Sequence record: SRR22947725_2486
Length of the DNA stretch: 64,000 nucleotides
Strand: one strand, 5' to 3'
Positions 9,840 through 19,848 of this stretch are shown piece by piece. Made by a program: the position numbers and the translations under genes. The notes below the pieces were generated by a model. That model was not told the origin of the DNA and searched no databases. It saw only the letters and a list, made by a program, of their open reading frames with translations. The number at the start of each line of letters is the position of its first letter. The first letter of the stretch is position 1.

Positions 9840-11149
9840 GAATAATCAAAAAGAGCCTTTGATACAGGCATTGGATTAACTTGCTCCGTCGCAATATACC
9901 TCCATATTTCTTTGGTTCTATTTTTTCCTAGTAAACTATTACTTTTAGCAAGTACTTTAGCCTCTCGCATTTCAGGGTTTGTTAAATCAGCTAGGTCATA
10001 ATCGTTTGTTAAACTTTCTCCAGATTTGGTCAACAAACTAACCTTTGCTGAAGTTTCTGAGAGACTGGAATCTGTTCTTACTAATACTTTATTACAGGTT
10101 TCTGTTAGAGCGAAATCTCTACAGGAAATATCAGAAAAACTCTCTAAGCGAGCGGTATCAATGCCATGCATAACCATAGCCGCTGTAAACCGGTAACTAA
10201 ATTTTGTCTCAAGCCCAGTCTCTGGAGATAGAATATTACAAACATTAAGGTATTGAGGATGAACCATTATTTCTATTTCTTCGATATCCTTGGGTTTAAC
10301 AGAGTTTTTATTTCGTAGCTCTATCAATGCTTCCATACCTGCATGTAGCCCATGACAACAGGCATGAAATTTATGACTAACTCCTTCAAATATATATTCA
10401 GAACCCAGAGTATCAAAAACTGTGGTATTATCCTCGGTGTCGTGTGTATGCCCAAATCCTTGTGGTCCTCCAAAGCCATCCTCTGTAGAGATAAAACCCC
10501 TATAGGCTAAAAGTGACACCTCAACTCCGTTACTAGCGGCGGTTCCAGCATGAAATGGTTTTCCCATAGTGCCAAACTGCGCCTTAATACCAGCAGCGCG
10601 AGAAGCGGCAAGCCCAAGAGCCATTTTAAATTGTCTCTCATTTAAGCCAAGTAAAAGACTCGCTGCTACTGTCGCTCCAAATGTCCCAGCAGTTGCAGTA
10701 ACATGAAAGCCCTTTCTGTAGTGACCTCTTCCCAACCAAATGCCAATCCTGGTTGCCACCTCCATACCAATAAGGCTAGCACGCTTAAATGCCATTAAAT
10801 CACTATCAACCCGGTCAGAGATAGCTAGTGCTGCGGGCATAACGGCAACTGAAGGGTGTCCTAGTGAAGCAAAATGGGTATCATCATAATCAAGCGCATG
10901 AGATATAGTCCCATTTACCAAAGCGGCTAAACGGCTAGGCGCTTTTTTATTGGAACCCAATACAAAAGCCTCAGGATACCCACCTTCCTCTAAGAAACAC
11001 TCTCTTACTATTTTTGAAACTGGTTCACTAACCCCTGACAGAGACACACTTACCCAGTCCAGTATTGACAAGTTTAAAATATGAGCAGCATTAACAGGTA
11101 AAGCTTTTTCCCCCAATGCGAATTCAATTAACTTGTTCGCAATATTCAT
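9836..11149 (-). CDS. MmgE/PrpD family protein
   Basis: NGTISHALDYDD, GHPS, GFHVT, KPFHAG and KFHACCH motifs. Confidence 0.92.
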   Translation of the reverse strand: MNIANKLIEFALGEKALPVNAAHILNLSILDWVSVSLSGVSEPVSKIVRECFLEEGGYPEAFVLGSNKKAPSRLAALVNGTISHALDYDDTHFASLGHPSVAVMPAALAISDRVDSDLMAFKRASLIGMEVATRIGIWLGRGHYRKGFHVTATAGTFGATVAASLLLGLNERQFKMALGLAASRAAGIKAQFGTMGKPFHAGTAASNGVEVSLLAYRGFISTEDGFGGPQGFGHTHDTEDNTTVFDTLGSEYIFEGVSHKFHACCHGLHAGMEALIELRNKNSVKPKDIEEIEIMVHPQYLNVCNILSPETGLETKFSYRFTAAMVMHGIDTARLESFSDISCRDFALTETCNKVLVRTDSSLSETSAKVSLLTKSGESLTNDYDLADLTNPEMREAKVLAKSNSLLGKNRTKEIWRYIATEQVNPMPVSKALFDYS

Positions 11150-12306
11150 TAATAAGACCTCGGCAGCCCTAATACATGTTCTGCAACATAACTTAAGACC
11201 AAGTTCGTAGATATAGGTGCAACTTGGTACAATCTTGCCTCTCGAAATTTTCTTTCAATATCATACTCTTCTGCAAAACCAAAACCACCAAAAGTTTGTA
11301 TACAGATCTCAGCAGCGGCCCAACTAGCCTCAGAGGATAACAGCTTTGCTAAATTCGCTTCTTCTCCAGGGTTTCCTCCAGCATCATACAGTGCCACTGC
11401 TTTAGCTAACATTAACTCAGCGGCTCGCATCTGACTGTAAGCTCTGGCTATAGGGAATTGAACTCCTTGATTTTGGCCTATTGGTCTTTGAAAGATTTTT
11501 CTTTCACAGGCGTAGGAGGATGCTTTTTCAATAAACCATTTAGCGTCCCCGATGCATTCTGCGGAAATCAAAACTCGCTCTGCATTCATTCCTGATAATA
11601 TATTTCGAAAACCTTTACCTTCCTCACCTATTAGGCTTGATTTTGGGATCTTCATATCATCAAAAAAAAGTTCAGTTGTAGAGTGGTTCATCATCGTACG
11701 AATTGGCCGAATTGTTAAACTTCTTCCGACAAAATCTCGCATATCAACGAGAAAAACAGACAGTCCATCAGTTTTCTTTACAACCTCTTCGCGAGGTGTC
11801 GTTCTAGCTAAAAGTAACAGTAAATCTGAATGCTCTGCTCGACTAGTCCATATTTTTTGACCATTAACAATATAGTGGTCACCGCTTTTTTTTGCTGTCG
11901 TCCTTAATGCAGTAGTGTCTGTACCACTTGTTGGTTCAGTCACTCCAAAAGCTTGCAACCTAAGTGAACCGTTTGCAATTCCAGGTAGGTATTGTTTTTT
12001 TTGCACATCTGAGCCGTGTCGTAAAATAGTGCCCATTGTATACATTTGAGCGTGGCATGCTCCAGCGTTACCTCCCGCACGATGTATCTCCTCAAGTATT
12101 GCCGCCCCTGCAGACAGAGGCAGACCCAATCCTCCATACTCCTCGGGAATTAAAGCTGACAGATATCCTCCCTGGGTCAGCGCTTGAACGAACTCAGTTG
12201 GATATGCATGATCTCGATCACATTTCTGCCAATACTCCCCTGGAAAATCTAGACAAAGCTTACTTACTCCCTCACGTATATCCTGATGATCAAGTTGATA
12301 ATTCAT
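11149..12306 (-). CDS. acyl-CoA dehydrogenase (methylsuccinyl-CoA dehydrogenase-like clade)
   Basis: IPEEYGG, VTEPTSGTD, NGQKIWTS and GGFGFAEEYDIERKFRE motifs; TAATG overlap with the downstream gene. Confidence 0.92.
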   Translation of the reverse strand: MNYQLDHQDIREGVSKLCLDFPGEYWQKCDRDHAYPTEFVQALTQGGYLSALIPEEYGGLGLPLSAGAAILEEIHRAGGNAGACHAQMYTMGTILRHGSDVQKKQYLPGIANGSLRLQAFGVTEPTSGTDTTALRTTAKKSGDHYIVNGQKIWTSRAEHSDLLLLLARTTPREEVVKKTDGLSVFLVDMRDFVGRSLTIRPIRTMMNHSTTELFFDDMKIPKSSLIGEEGKGFRNILSGMNAERVLISAECIGDAKWFIEKASSYACERKIFQRPIGQNQGVQFPIARAYSQMRAAELMLAKAVALYDAGGNPGEEANLAKLLSSEASWAAAEICIQTFGGFGFAEEYDIERKFREARLYQVAPISTNLVLSYVAEHVLGLPRSY

Positions 12307-12369
12307 AAAAGTCCTCTCAATATTTACTTTCTAACAAAACTTAGTACTAATTCTTACGTTGTTTTACCT

Positions 12370-13509
12370 TCATTTTACTCCAAATAAAGAAGTAAATTCA
12401 TTTCTAATTAAATCACTATGCTCTCCTAAATCGGGTACTTTTTCAAGTGATCCGGAGGCTGTAACAACTGGTAGAGATGCAAGCTCAACTTGTTGCCCAC
12501 CAATCTCAGCATATGATGTTTTTAAAAATGGATGCGTAGATAGATCGGAAACAGAGTTTAACGAGGAATATGCAATCCTTGCTATCTTTAAAAGACTTAT
12601 AACTTCAGCTTTGTTATACTTTAAAAAACAACTATTAACTCGAGAATCTAACTCAACTCGGTTTTTAAACCTATAAGTATTATTAACAAAACGGTAATCG
12701 TCAATTAGCTTTAAGTCCTGCAAAACGTGTTCACAAAAAGCTGCCCACTCTCTATTACTTTGAATAGAAAGTAAGATTTGCGTTCCATCACCACACGTAA
12801 AAGCTCCGTATGGTGCAATAAAACTGTGTTGAAGGCCTGTTCTATTAGGAGCACCACCCATATACCTGTGCGATAGCAATGCCATATTCATCCAGTCCGC
12901 CATTACATCAAACATAGAAATGGCAATATCGACACCATGCCCAGTTTTACCTACTTGAATTAAAGCCCTTAATATTGCAGAAAAAGCGGTTAAACCCGAT
13001 GACAAATCTGTCATCGAAACTCCTACCCTACTTGGCGTTTCTTCGGTTCCAGTAACTGAGCAAACACCACTTTCAGCTTGGACTAAGAAATCATAAGCCT
13101 TCATTTCTGCCGCTTCTCCAGTTTCACCATAACCTGAAACACGGCAGGAGATTAATTTAGGGTTAAAGTGCCTTAATGTTTCACCGTCCAGGCCCATCCT
13201 GTTTACAGCACCTGGTGCTAAATTACTGACAAAAACATCTGCTTTCGAAAGTAATCCGCGCATTAAAGACAAATCTTCTGCATCCTTAAGATTTAAGCAT
13301 ATCGATTCCTTACCACGATTAAGCCAAGCAAAAATTGCACTATTGCCATTAACGCCAGAATCATACCCTCTGGCGAAATCTCCGTCTGGTCGTTCTACTT
13401 TTATAACACGCGCTCCCGCATCTGCTAAAAGTAGGCCGCAATAGGGTGCTGCAACTGCTTGTTCTAAGGAGACAACAAGAATTCCATCTAATTCGCTATT
13501 TAAAACCAT
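12370..13509 (-). CDS. class III (CaiB/BaiF) CoA-transferase
   Basis: EQAVAAPY, GARVIKVERP, NRGKES, AYDFLVQAESG and PDLGEH motifs. Confidence 0.92.
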   Translation of the reverse strand: MVLNSELDGILVVSLEQAVAAPYCGLLLADAGARVIKVERPDGDFARGYDSGVNGNSAIFAWLNRGKESICLNLKDAEDLSLMRGLLSKADVFVSNLAPGAVNRMGLDGETLRHFNPKLISCRVSGYGETGEAAEMKAYDFLVQAESGVCSVTGTEETPSRVGVSMTDLSSGLTAFSAILRALIQVGKTGHGVDIAISMFDVMADWMNMALLSHRYMGGAPNRTGLQHSFIAPYGAFTCGDGTQILLSIQSNREWAAFCEHVLQDLKLIDDYRFVNNTYRFKNRVELDSRVNSCFLKYNKAEVISLLKIARIAYSSLNSVSDLSTHPFLKTSYAEIGGQQVELASLPVVTASGSLEKVPDLGEHSDLIRNEFTSLFGVK

Positions 13510-13710
13510 ATAGTCTACAGTTATTGTCTTTTTAAGATAAAACTATCTAGAAAAAGTTTAGACCGCCTCGCTCAATAAAAATTTAAACCAAAATAATATA
13601 ACGATAATGCTAAGCTTTTCAAATGGAAGCAAGTACCTTAAGCAAAGGTCGAGTAATAATTTAAGTATGAAAGAAAATAAAAACGTCAAACAATTATAAA
13701 AGAGAAGATA

Positions 13711-14505
13711 ATGGACCAAAATTACAAAACCGTAAAAATTGAAAAGTTAACTAAACACATAATATTAATTACTCTTAATCGTCCCGAGGCATCAAATGCC
13801 TTCAACACCCTAATGGCTAAAGAATTGACAGCTTTATTTGAAAACTTAACACTAAACACCAACGATCAGCGTGTCTTAATCTTGACTGGTTCTGGAAATC
13901 GGGCTTTTTGTGCTGGCGGAGATCTTAAAGAACGAAATGGAATGACAGATGCACAATGGGTGAAACAACATTTAGTTTACGAAAAAATGGCTCGAACAAT
14001 TATAGAGTGCCCTATTCCAATTATTGGGGCTATCAATGGAGCAGCGTACGGCGGTGGTTGTGAGTTGGTGGCAATGTTAGATTTTGTATATGTATCTGAA
14101 AATGCTAAATTTGCTCAAACAGAAGTTAAATTAGGAATTATTCCAGGGGCTGGAGGAACACAAACCTTAACCCGCGCAATCGGTGAACGTCGCGCAAAAG
14201 AGCTAATTCTTACTGGGAAAACATTTAATGCAATGCAGGCCTACGAATGGGGATTAGCAAATGCTGTGTTTCCTATTTCTGAACTAATTCCTGCTGCCAT
14301 AGAAACAGCAGAACTTATTGCTAAAAATGCTCCCATTGCTGTAAGACAAGCTAAACAGGCGATTCACAAGGGCTTACAAATGAGTTTGTCAGACGGAATG
14401 TCTTTTGAAATAGAAGCTTATAATCGAACGGTACCAACAAATGATCGTAGTGAAGGCGTTGCAGCTTTCAATGAAAAAAGGCCCCCAAACTTTAAAGGAC
14501 ATTAA
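13711..14505 (+). CDS. enoyl-CoA hydratase/isomerase (crotonase)
   Basis: LNRPEASNA, AFCAGGDL, GGGCE and EVKLGIIPGAGG motifs; both catalytic Glu present. Confidence 0.92.
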   Translation: MDQNYKTVKIEKLTKHIILITLNRPEASNAFNTLMAKELTALFENLTLNTNDQRVLILTGSGNRAFCAGGDLKERNGMTDAQWVKQHLVYEKMARTIIECPIPIIGAINGAAYGGGCELVAMLDFVYVSENAKFAQTEVKLGIIPGAGGTQTLTRAIGERRAKELILTGKTFNAMQAYEWGLANAVFPISELIPAAIETAELIAKNAPIAVRQAKQAIHKGLQMSLSDGMSFEIEAYNRTVPTNDRSEGVAAFNEKRPPNFKGH

Positions 14506-14506
14506 T

Positions 14507-15424
14507 ATGTCTAATGTTGTCAAAATTAGAGAGGTAGGTTTGCGGGATGGACTGCAACTTATAAAAACAAACCTGTCAACCGAATTAAAACTTTCCTGGA
14601 TTAAAAAGCAAGTAAGCGCCGGTTTTACTGAAATGGAGGTAACATCTTTTGTTCCCCCAAAAATTTTGCCACAGTTTTCCGATGCAAATGATATAATTAT
14701 ACACTCTAATAAAATTAAAGAGCTCAAACCAACTGCGTTAGTTCTTAACACTAAAGGAGCCATCCGCGCAATTGAAGCGGGAACCAAAAAGATCACTTTC
14801 GTATTGTCAGCATCTGAAAAACATAATCAATCTAATGTCAACTGTTCAACTGATGAATCTTTGTTGATGTTTAATGAAATAATCGAGACCTCTAAAGACT
14901 TTAAAATAGAAGTGGCGGCAGCAATAGCGACTTCATTTGGATGCTCCATTCAAGGGTCAGTCTCAGGGGTGCGGGTGCTAGAGCTAGCGAAAGAGATGGC
15001 AAAAAAGGGAGCTTCTGAAATCAATTTGGCAGATACAGTGGGTTATGCAAATCCTAAGCAAGTAAAATCTCTCTTTGGTAAACTTAAGGACCAAATAGGT
15101 AACACACCAATGGCAGCGCATTTTCATGATACCCGCGGAATGGGTTTGGCAAATGTAGTGGCAGCTCTTCAAAAAGGTGTCAGAAGGTTTGACGCCACAA
15201 TGGCAGGATTAGGCGGTTGCCCATTTGCACCAGGTGCCTCCGGGAATATCGCTACGGAAGATTGTGCTTACTTATTAGAAAGCCTAGGATTTGATACCTC
15301 CGTGGATTTTGACAAACTGTTAGAGTTACGCAGTTACCTCTCGGACCTGTTACCTAATGAAAAACTTGAAGGCCGTCTAGGCGTTGCTGGAACCGCAATT
15401 AATTTCAAGAATAAATTTTTATAG
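14507..15424 (+). CDS. hydroxymethylglutaryl-CoA lyase family protein
   Basis: EVGLRDGLQ, LADTVG, HFHDTRG and GGCPFAPGASGN motifs; ATG at 14507 is 1 nt after the upstream stop. Confidence 0.9.
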   Translation: MSNVVKIREVGLRDGLQLIKTNLSTELKLSWIKKQVSAGFTEMEVTSFVPPKILPQFSDANDIIIHSNKIKELKPTALVLNTKGAIRAIEAGTKKITFVLSASEKHNQSNVNCSTDESLLMFNEIIETSKDFKIEVAAAIATSFGCSIQGSVSGVRVLELAKEMAKKGASEINLADTVGYANPKQVKSLFGKLKDQIGNTPMAAHFHDTRGMGLANVVAALQKGVRRFDATMAGLGGCPFAPGASGNIATEDCAYLLESLGFDTSVDFDKLLELRSYLSDLLPNEKLEGRLGVAGTAINFKNKFL

Positions 15425-15454
15425 TTTTAACCTTTACACTTAGTAAAAATCCCT

Positions 15455-15478
15455 TTTAAAAATATATATATTTTTAAA
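15455..15478. promoter_or_regulatory. perfect 24-bp AT-only palindrome, possible operator
   Basis: TTTAAAAATATATATATTTTTAAA is its own reverse complement and ends 23 nt before the ATG at 15502. Confidence 0.3.
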
Positions 15479-15501
15479 TTTTTCTTGAGGAGTGCCTGCC
15501 G

Positions 15502-16320
15502 ATGCCATTTGCAAAACTTTTTGGCGGCGATATCTATTACGAAGTAAATGGTCAGCCAATTAACACCCAAAGCACCCCTATAGTTATTTTAAAGCCATTG
15601 AGCCGAGGTCCTGTAGGAGTACAGCCTTTCATTAACTTACTAACAACAAATTTTACTGTAATTAATTATGATCAGCGAGGCTTAGGTCAGAGCCAATCTA
15701 CTTTACCTCCTAGACCAGTACCCATGAACGAACGAGCAACCGAAATTCTCGAACTTCTAGATAGTTTATCAATTAATAAAGTACATCTTGTCTGTCACTC
15801 CACCGGATGTGGCATAGGTTTATCAATTGCTGATATGCACCCAGAAAGAATTTCAAGCATAACTTTAATTTCTCCCTGGACACACGCTGATAAACATCTC
15901 TTAAAAATGCAAAACCTTAGGGTCGCTGTTGCAAAGGCTTTAGACCCATTAGACTACTTTCGTTTTAACATAAGCTTGTTATACCCCTCACATTATCGAC
16001 GCGACCACGAACAAGGGTTTTCTGAAATGGAATTAGTTAGTCAAAACCTTAAAGTAGATCCTAAATTTATTTCTGATGGACTTATTCCTATCTTAAAATT
16101 TGATAGCCGAGAAATAACTAAAAAAGTTAAATGCCCAACTTTAGTTTCTTTTTCAAATGATGATCAATTAATGCCTCCCTGGTTTGGAAAGTCAATTTCT
16201 AATGATATATGTGGTGCTGAGCGCCTAGTATTTAACAATGGAGGGCACATGTTACCTGAAACATGTACAGCCGATCTCGCATCAGGGATTATTAAATTTA
16301 TTAAAAAGAATTACCCCTAA
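15502..16320 (+). CDS. alpha/beta fold hydrolase (RutD/enol-lactonase-like)
   Basis: YDQRGLG, CHSTG nucleophile elbow, DDQL and GGH motifs; GAGGAG RBS. Confidence 0.85.
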   Translation: MPFAKLFGGDIYYEVNGQPINTQSTPIVILKPLSRGPVGVQPFINLLTTNFTVINYDQRGLGQSQSTLPPRPVPMNERATEILELLDSLSINKVHLVCHSTGCGIGLSIADMHPERISSITLISPWTHADKHLLKMQNLRVAVAKALDPLDYFRFNISLLYPSHYRRDHEQGFSEMELVSQNLKVDPKFISDGLIPILKFDSREITKKVKCPTLVSFSNDDQLMPPWFGKSISNDICGAERLVFNNGGHMLPETCTADLASGIIKFIKKNYP

Positions 16321-16357
16321 CCCAATTATAAACAAAGTCAGACAAAGGATTAGCAAA

Positions 16358-17332
16358 ATGACCAAAATGAACAACATCACGATTATTGATGGATTAGTAG
16401 TTAGTAAGTTTTCCCGTGCACTTTTCGAGGATATGCTTCGAGGAGGTATAACTGCAGCTAATTGCACGTGTTGTATTTGGGAAAACTTCTCTGAAACAAT
16501 GGCAAATATATCTCAGTGGAATCAATGGTTTAGAGAAAATAGTGATATTATACTTAAAGTCACCTGCACTAAAGATATTCTCAAAGCAAAGGATGAAGGT
16601 AAGGTAGGCATTATACTTGGTTGGCAAAATACAAGCGCAATAGATAAAGACATTAGAAATATTGAACTCTTTTACAATCTAGGCGTTCGAGTCATGCAAC
16701 TTACCTACAACACCCAAAACCTTGTGGGGTCTGGCTGTTGGGAAACCCACGATGGTGGCCTTTCAGATTTTGGAAGACACGCAATAGATGAGATGAATCG
16801 ATTAGGTATTTTAGTTGATCTTTCTCATGTCGGAGCAAACACAAGTGATCAAGCAATTAAATATTCAGCAGCTCCTGTAGCTTATACTCATTGCTGTCCG
16901 ATGCTTTTAAACCATCCTCGCAATAAAACAGACGAACAGATCCGAACAATTGCCAAGCATGGAGGGTTTGTGGGCTTTGCTAGTTATACTCCATTTTTGC
17001 CAAAAGGTCGTGACACCACAATCGACGATTGTATCGAAGGTGTAGAATATTTAATTAACCTGGTTGGAGAGGATTCTGTGGGGCTTGGAACTGACTGGGT
17101 TCAAGACCATGATATCAACTTCTTCAACTATCTTACGGCTGACAAGGGCTTAGGTAGACCAACAACCGGAAGTTTCCAATTTTCTGAAGTTCCATCAATG
17201 CCAAAAGGATTGGAAACACTTGGATCATACCAAAACTTTATTCCAGCAATGGAACGTGCAGGTTGGTCAGAAAAACGCATCAGAGGAGTTATTGGAGGCA
17301 ATTGGTTAAAGTTTCTTGACGAGGTTTGGTAA
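16358..17332 (+). CDS. membrane dipeptidase (M19) family protein
   Basis: GVRVMQLTYN, DLSHVG, HPRNKTDE, GLGTD and GGNW motifs; ATG at 16358 follows AAGGA. Confidence 0.87.
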   Translation: MTKMNNITIIDGLVVSKFSRALFEDMLRGGITAANCTCCIWENFSETMANISQWNQWFRENSDIILKVTCTKDILKAKDEGKVGIILGWQNTSAIDKDIRNIELFYNLGVRVMQLTYNTQNLVGSGCWETHDGGLSDFGRHAIDEMNRLGILVDLSHVGANTSDQAIKYSAAPVAYTHCCPMLLNHPRNKTDEQIRTIAKHGGFVGFASYTPFLPKGRDTTIDDCIEGVEYLINLVGEDSVGLGTDWVQDHDINFFNYLTADKGLGRPTTGSFQFSEVPSMPKGLETLGSYQNFIPAMERAGWSEKRIRGVIGGNWLKFLDEVW

Positions 17333-17421
17333 TTAGAAAAGTATAAATATCTGATTTACTAAAGACTAATTAATAATAATTTTATCAGTTAGTTACTTAA
17401 AAACAAGAGAGCTAGAATACT

Positions 17422-18663
17422 ATGCCCAAGAAAACAATCCTAATTGTAGGTACTTACGACACAAAGAATGAAGAATTAGAGTACATCTCAGACACTATAG
17501 TTTCAATGGGCGGAAACGTATTGAAAATGGATGTTAGTGTTTTAGGAGAAGCTAAAGGGAAAACTGATTTTTCAAAGCACACTGTGGCAGAGGCTGCAGG
17601 AAAATCTATTAAAACTGCGATTGAGAGTGGTAGTGAGCATATTGCGATGAATATTATGTCAGAAGGTGCGTCTAATCTTGCAAGTACACTTCATTCTAAA
17701 GGTAAATTCGATGGCATAATTCTTTTAGGTGGAACAATGGGCACTGATTTAGCATTAGACGTGTGTAAAGCTCTACCACTAGGCTTACCAAAGTATGTAG
17801 TTTCGACTGTATCATTTTCTCCTATAATTCCCTCAGAAAGGCTTTCTGCAGATATTCAAATGATCCTATGGGCAGGTGGTCTATACGGATTAAATTCGAT
17901 ATGCCGATCCTCACTTTCACAAGCTGCTGGAGCTGTGTTAGGAGCCGCTAAAGCGGTTGAAGCGCCAAAAAATGATAAGCCTATCGTAGGAATTACATCG
18001 CTGGGCACATCCTGCCTGAAATATATCACCACCTTGAAACCAGAGTTAGAGGCCCGTGGTTACGAAGTGGCGATTTTCCATGCAATGGGTATGGGTGGTA
18101 TGGCTTTTGAGGGAATTGCTCAAAAGAATGGCTTCGTATGTGTCATGGATTTCGCAGGATGTGAGATTGGTAATCTCCTTTATGGATCAATAGTCCACGC
18201 AGGAGAAAATAGAATGTTAAATGCCGGACAGGCAGGGATACCTCAAATTGTAGCACCCGGATGTATGGATTTAATTGACTTCGCTGGTTGGCAGAATGTT
18301 CCAGAAATTTTTAGAGATCGCCATATTCATATACATAATAAGCTCATTAAAAGTACAATTTTTTCTAGAGATGAACGAATTGCAATAGCTCATGATTATG
18401 CCAGCAGGTTAACTAAAAGTAAATCTCCAGTCCATCTAATAATCCCTAAAAATGGGATAGAAGAATGGGATCGCCCTGGAGGAGACACTTATGATCCCGA
18501 TGGCTTAAAGGCTTTTACAGACACATTAAAAATGGCAGCTACTGATCCGATAATAGTAACGGAAATAGATGCTCACATAAATGACAAGGCCTTTACTGAC
18601 AAAGCACTCGAAATCTTTGATCTTTGGGTAACTGATGGCACAATTATTAAAGCAAAAAACTAA
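17422..18663 (+). CDS. Tm-1-like ATP-binding domain protein (UPF0261)
   Basis: VGTYDTKNEE, GGTMGT, LPLGLPKYVVST, FHAMGMGG and DAHIND motifs. Confidence 0.88.
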   Translation: MPKKTILIVGTYDTKNEELEYISDTIVSMGGNVLKMDVSVLGEAKGKTDFSKHTVAEAAGKSIKTAIESGSEHIAMNIMSEGASNLASTLHSKGKFDGIILLGGTMGTDLALDVCKALPLGLPKYVVSTVSFSPIIPSERLSADIQMILWAGGLYGLNSICRSSLSQAAGAVLGAAKAVEAPKNDKPIVGITSLGTSCLKYITTLKPELEARGYEVAIFHAMGMGGMAFEGIAQKNGFVCVMDFAGCEIGNLLYGSIVHAGENRMLNAGQAGIPQIVAPGCMDLIDFAGWQNVPEIFRDRHIHIHNKLIKSTIFSRDERIAIAHDYASRLTKSKSPVHLIIPKNGIEEWDRPGGDTYDPDGLKAFTDTLKMAATDPIIVTEIDAHINDKAFTDKALEIFDLWVTDGTIIKAKN

Positions 18664-18684
18664 AACTTATAGAACAGGTAATAT

Positions 18685-19836
18685 ATGGAAATAAATTCTC
18701 AATATCACCGAATGCGGGATTGGAGACGAGCTCTTCATCGAGTTCCAGAATTCGGTTTTGATACAAAAAAAACGGCAGCTTTCGTTATAGAAAAACTAAA
18801 ATCCTTTGGACTTAACAATATAACAGGCGACGTTGGTGGCAATGGTGTGGTTGCAACTCTAAAGCGTGGAACTTCAAGCAAAGCGATTGCAATCCGAGCT
18901 GATATGGATGCGCTAATGATTGAAGAAAAAACTAATCTTGAGTACAGATCGACTATCCCTGGCATTATGCATGCTTGCGGGCATGACGGACACACAGCTA
19001 CTCTTCTGGGCGTCGCAGAGACACTCGCAAAAAACAGTCATTTTGATGGAATAATACATTTTATTTTTCAACCAGCTGAAGAGTGGGGAAAAGGCGCTCA
19101 AGCAATGATCGACGATGGTCTTTTGAAAAACTTTTCATTTGAAGAGATCTGGGGATTTCATAATATGCCTGGACTGCCTATTGGAAATTTTGAAACTCGA
19201 CCAGGACCGATTATGTCGGCAGAAGATAACTTTGAAATTCAACTTATAGGTATTGGAGGGCATGCCTCCAAACCACAAGCTGGAAAAGAAACAATGCTCC
19301 CGGCATGCGCATTGATTACGGCGCTACAAACAATTGTATCTCGCCGGATTGACCCCACAGACATAGCAGTTGTATCTGTAACCGAACTTATAACAGATGG
19401 ATCTAGAAACATACTTCCAGGCTTATCCAAAATATTGGGAGATGCTCGCAGTTTTCGTAGGGAAGTTAGTTTAGCTATCGAGAACGAAATGAATGCTATA
19501 ACAGCAGGAATAGCTTCAACTTATGGACTTGATTACTCAATAAACTATACACGAGAATTTATTCCATTAATAAATAATAGTGAGTTAGCTGAACACGCAA
19601 TTAAAGTTGGACAAAAAGTATTTGGTCCTGAAAGAGCTAAGCTTGCGAACCAACCTGTTACCGGATCTGAAGACTTCGCACGTTTTCTTAATCATGTTCC
19701 AGGGTGTTACGTATTCTTTGGTAATGGAGAAAATTCAGCCCCATTACACAACTCTAGCTATGATTTTAATGATGCTGCTCTTGAGCACGGAGTTAATTAT
19801 TTAGTCAGTTTAGTTCAGAGTAGGCTTAACCCTTAA
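18685..19836 (+). CDS. M20D amidohydrolase (hippurate hydrolase-like)
   Basis: RADMDAL, MHACGHDGH, FQPAEE, GSEDF and LHN motifs. Confidence 0.92.
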   Translation: MEINSQYHRMRDWRRALHRVPEFGFDTKKTAAFVIEKLKSFGLNNITGDVGGNGVVATLKRGTSSKAIAIRADMDALMIEEKTNLEYRSTIPGIMHACGHDGHTATLLGVAETLAKNSHFDGIIHFIFQPAEEWGKGAQAMIDDGLLKNFSFEEIWGFHNMPGLPIGNFETRPGPIMSAEDNFEIQLIGIGGHASKPQAGKETMLPACALITALQTIVSRRIDPTDIAVVSVTELITDGSRNILPGLSKILGDARSFRREVSLAIENEMNAITAGIASTYGLDYSINYTREFIPLINNSELAEHAIKVGQKVFGPERAKLANQPVTGSEDFARFLNHVPGCYVFFGNGENSAPLHNSSYDFNDAALEHGVNYLVSLVQSRLNP

Positions 19837-19848
19837 CTAAGGAAAAAA

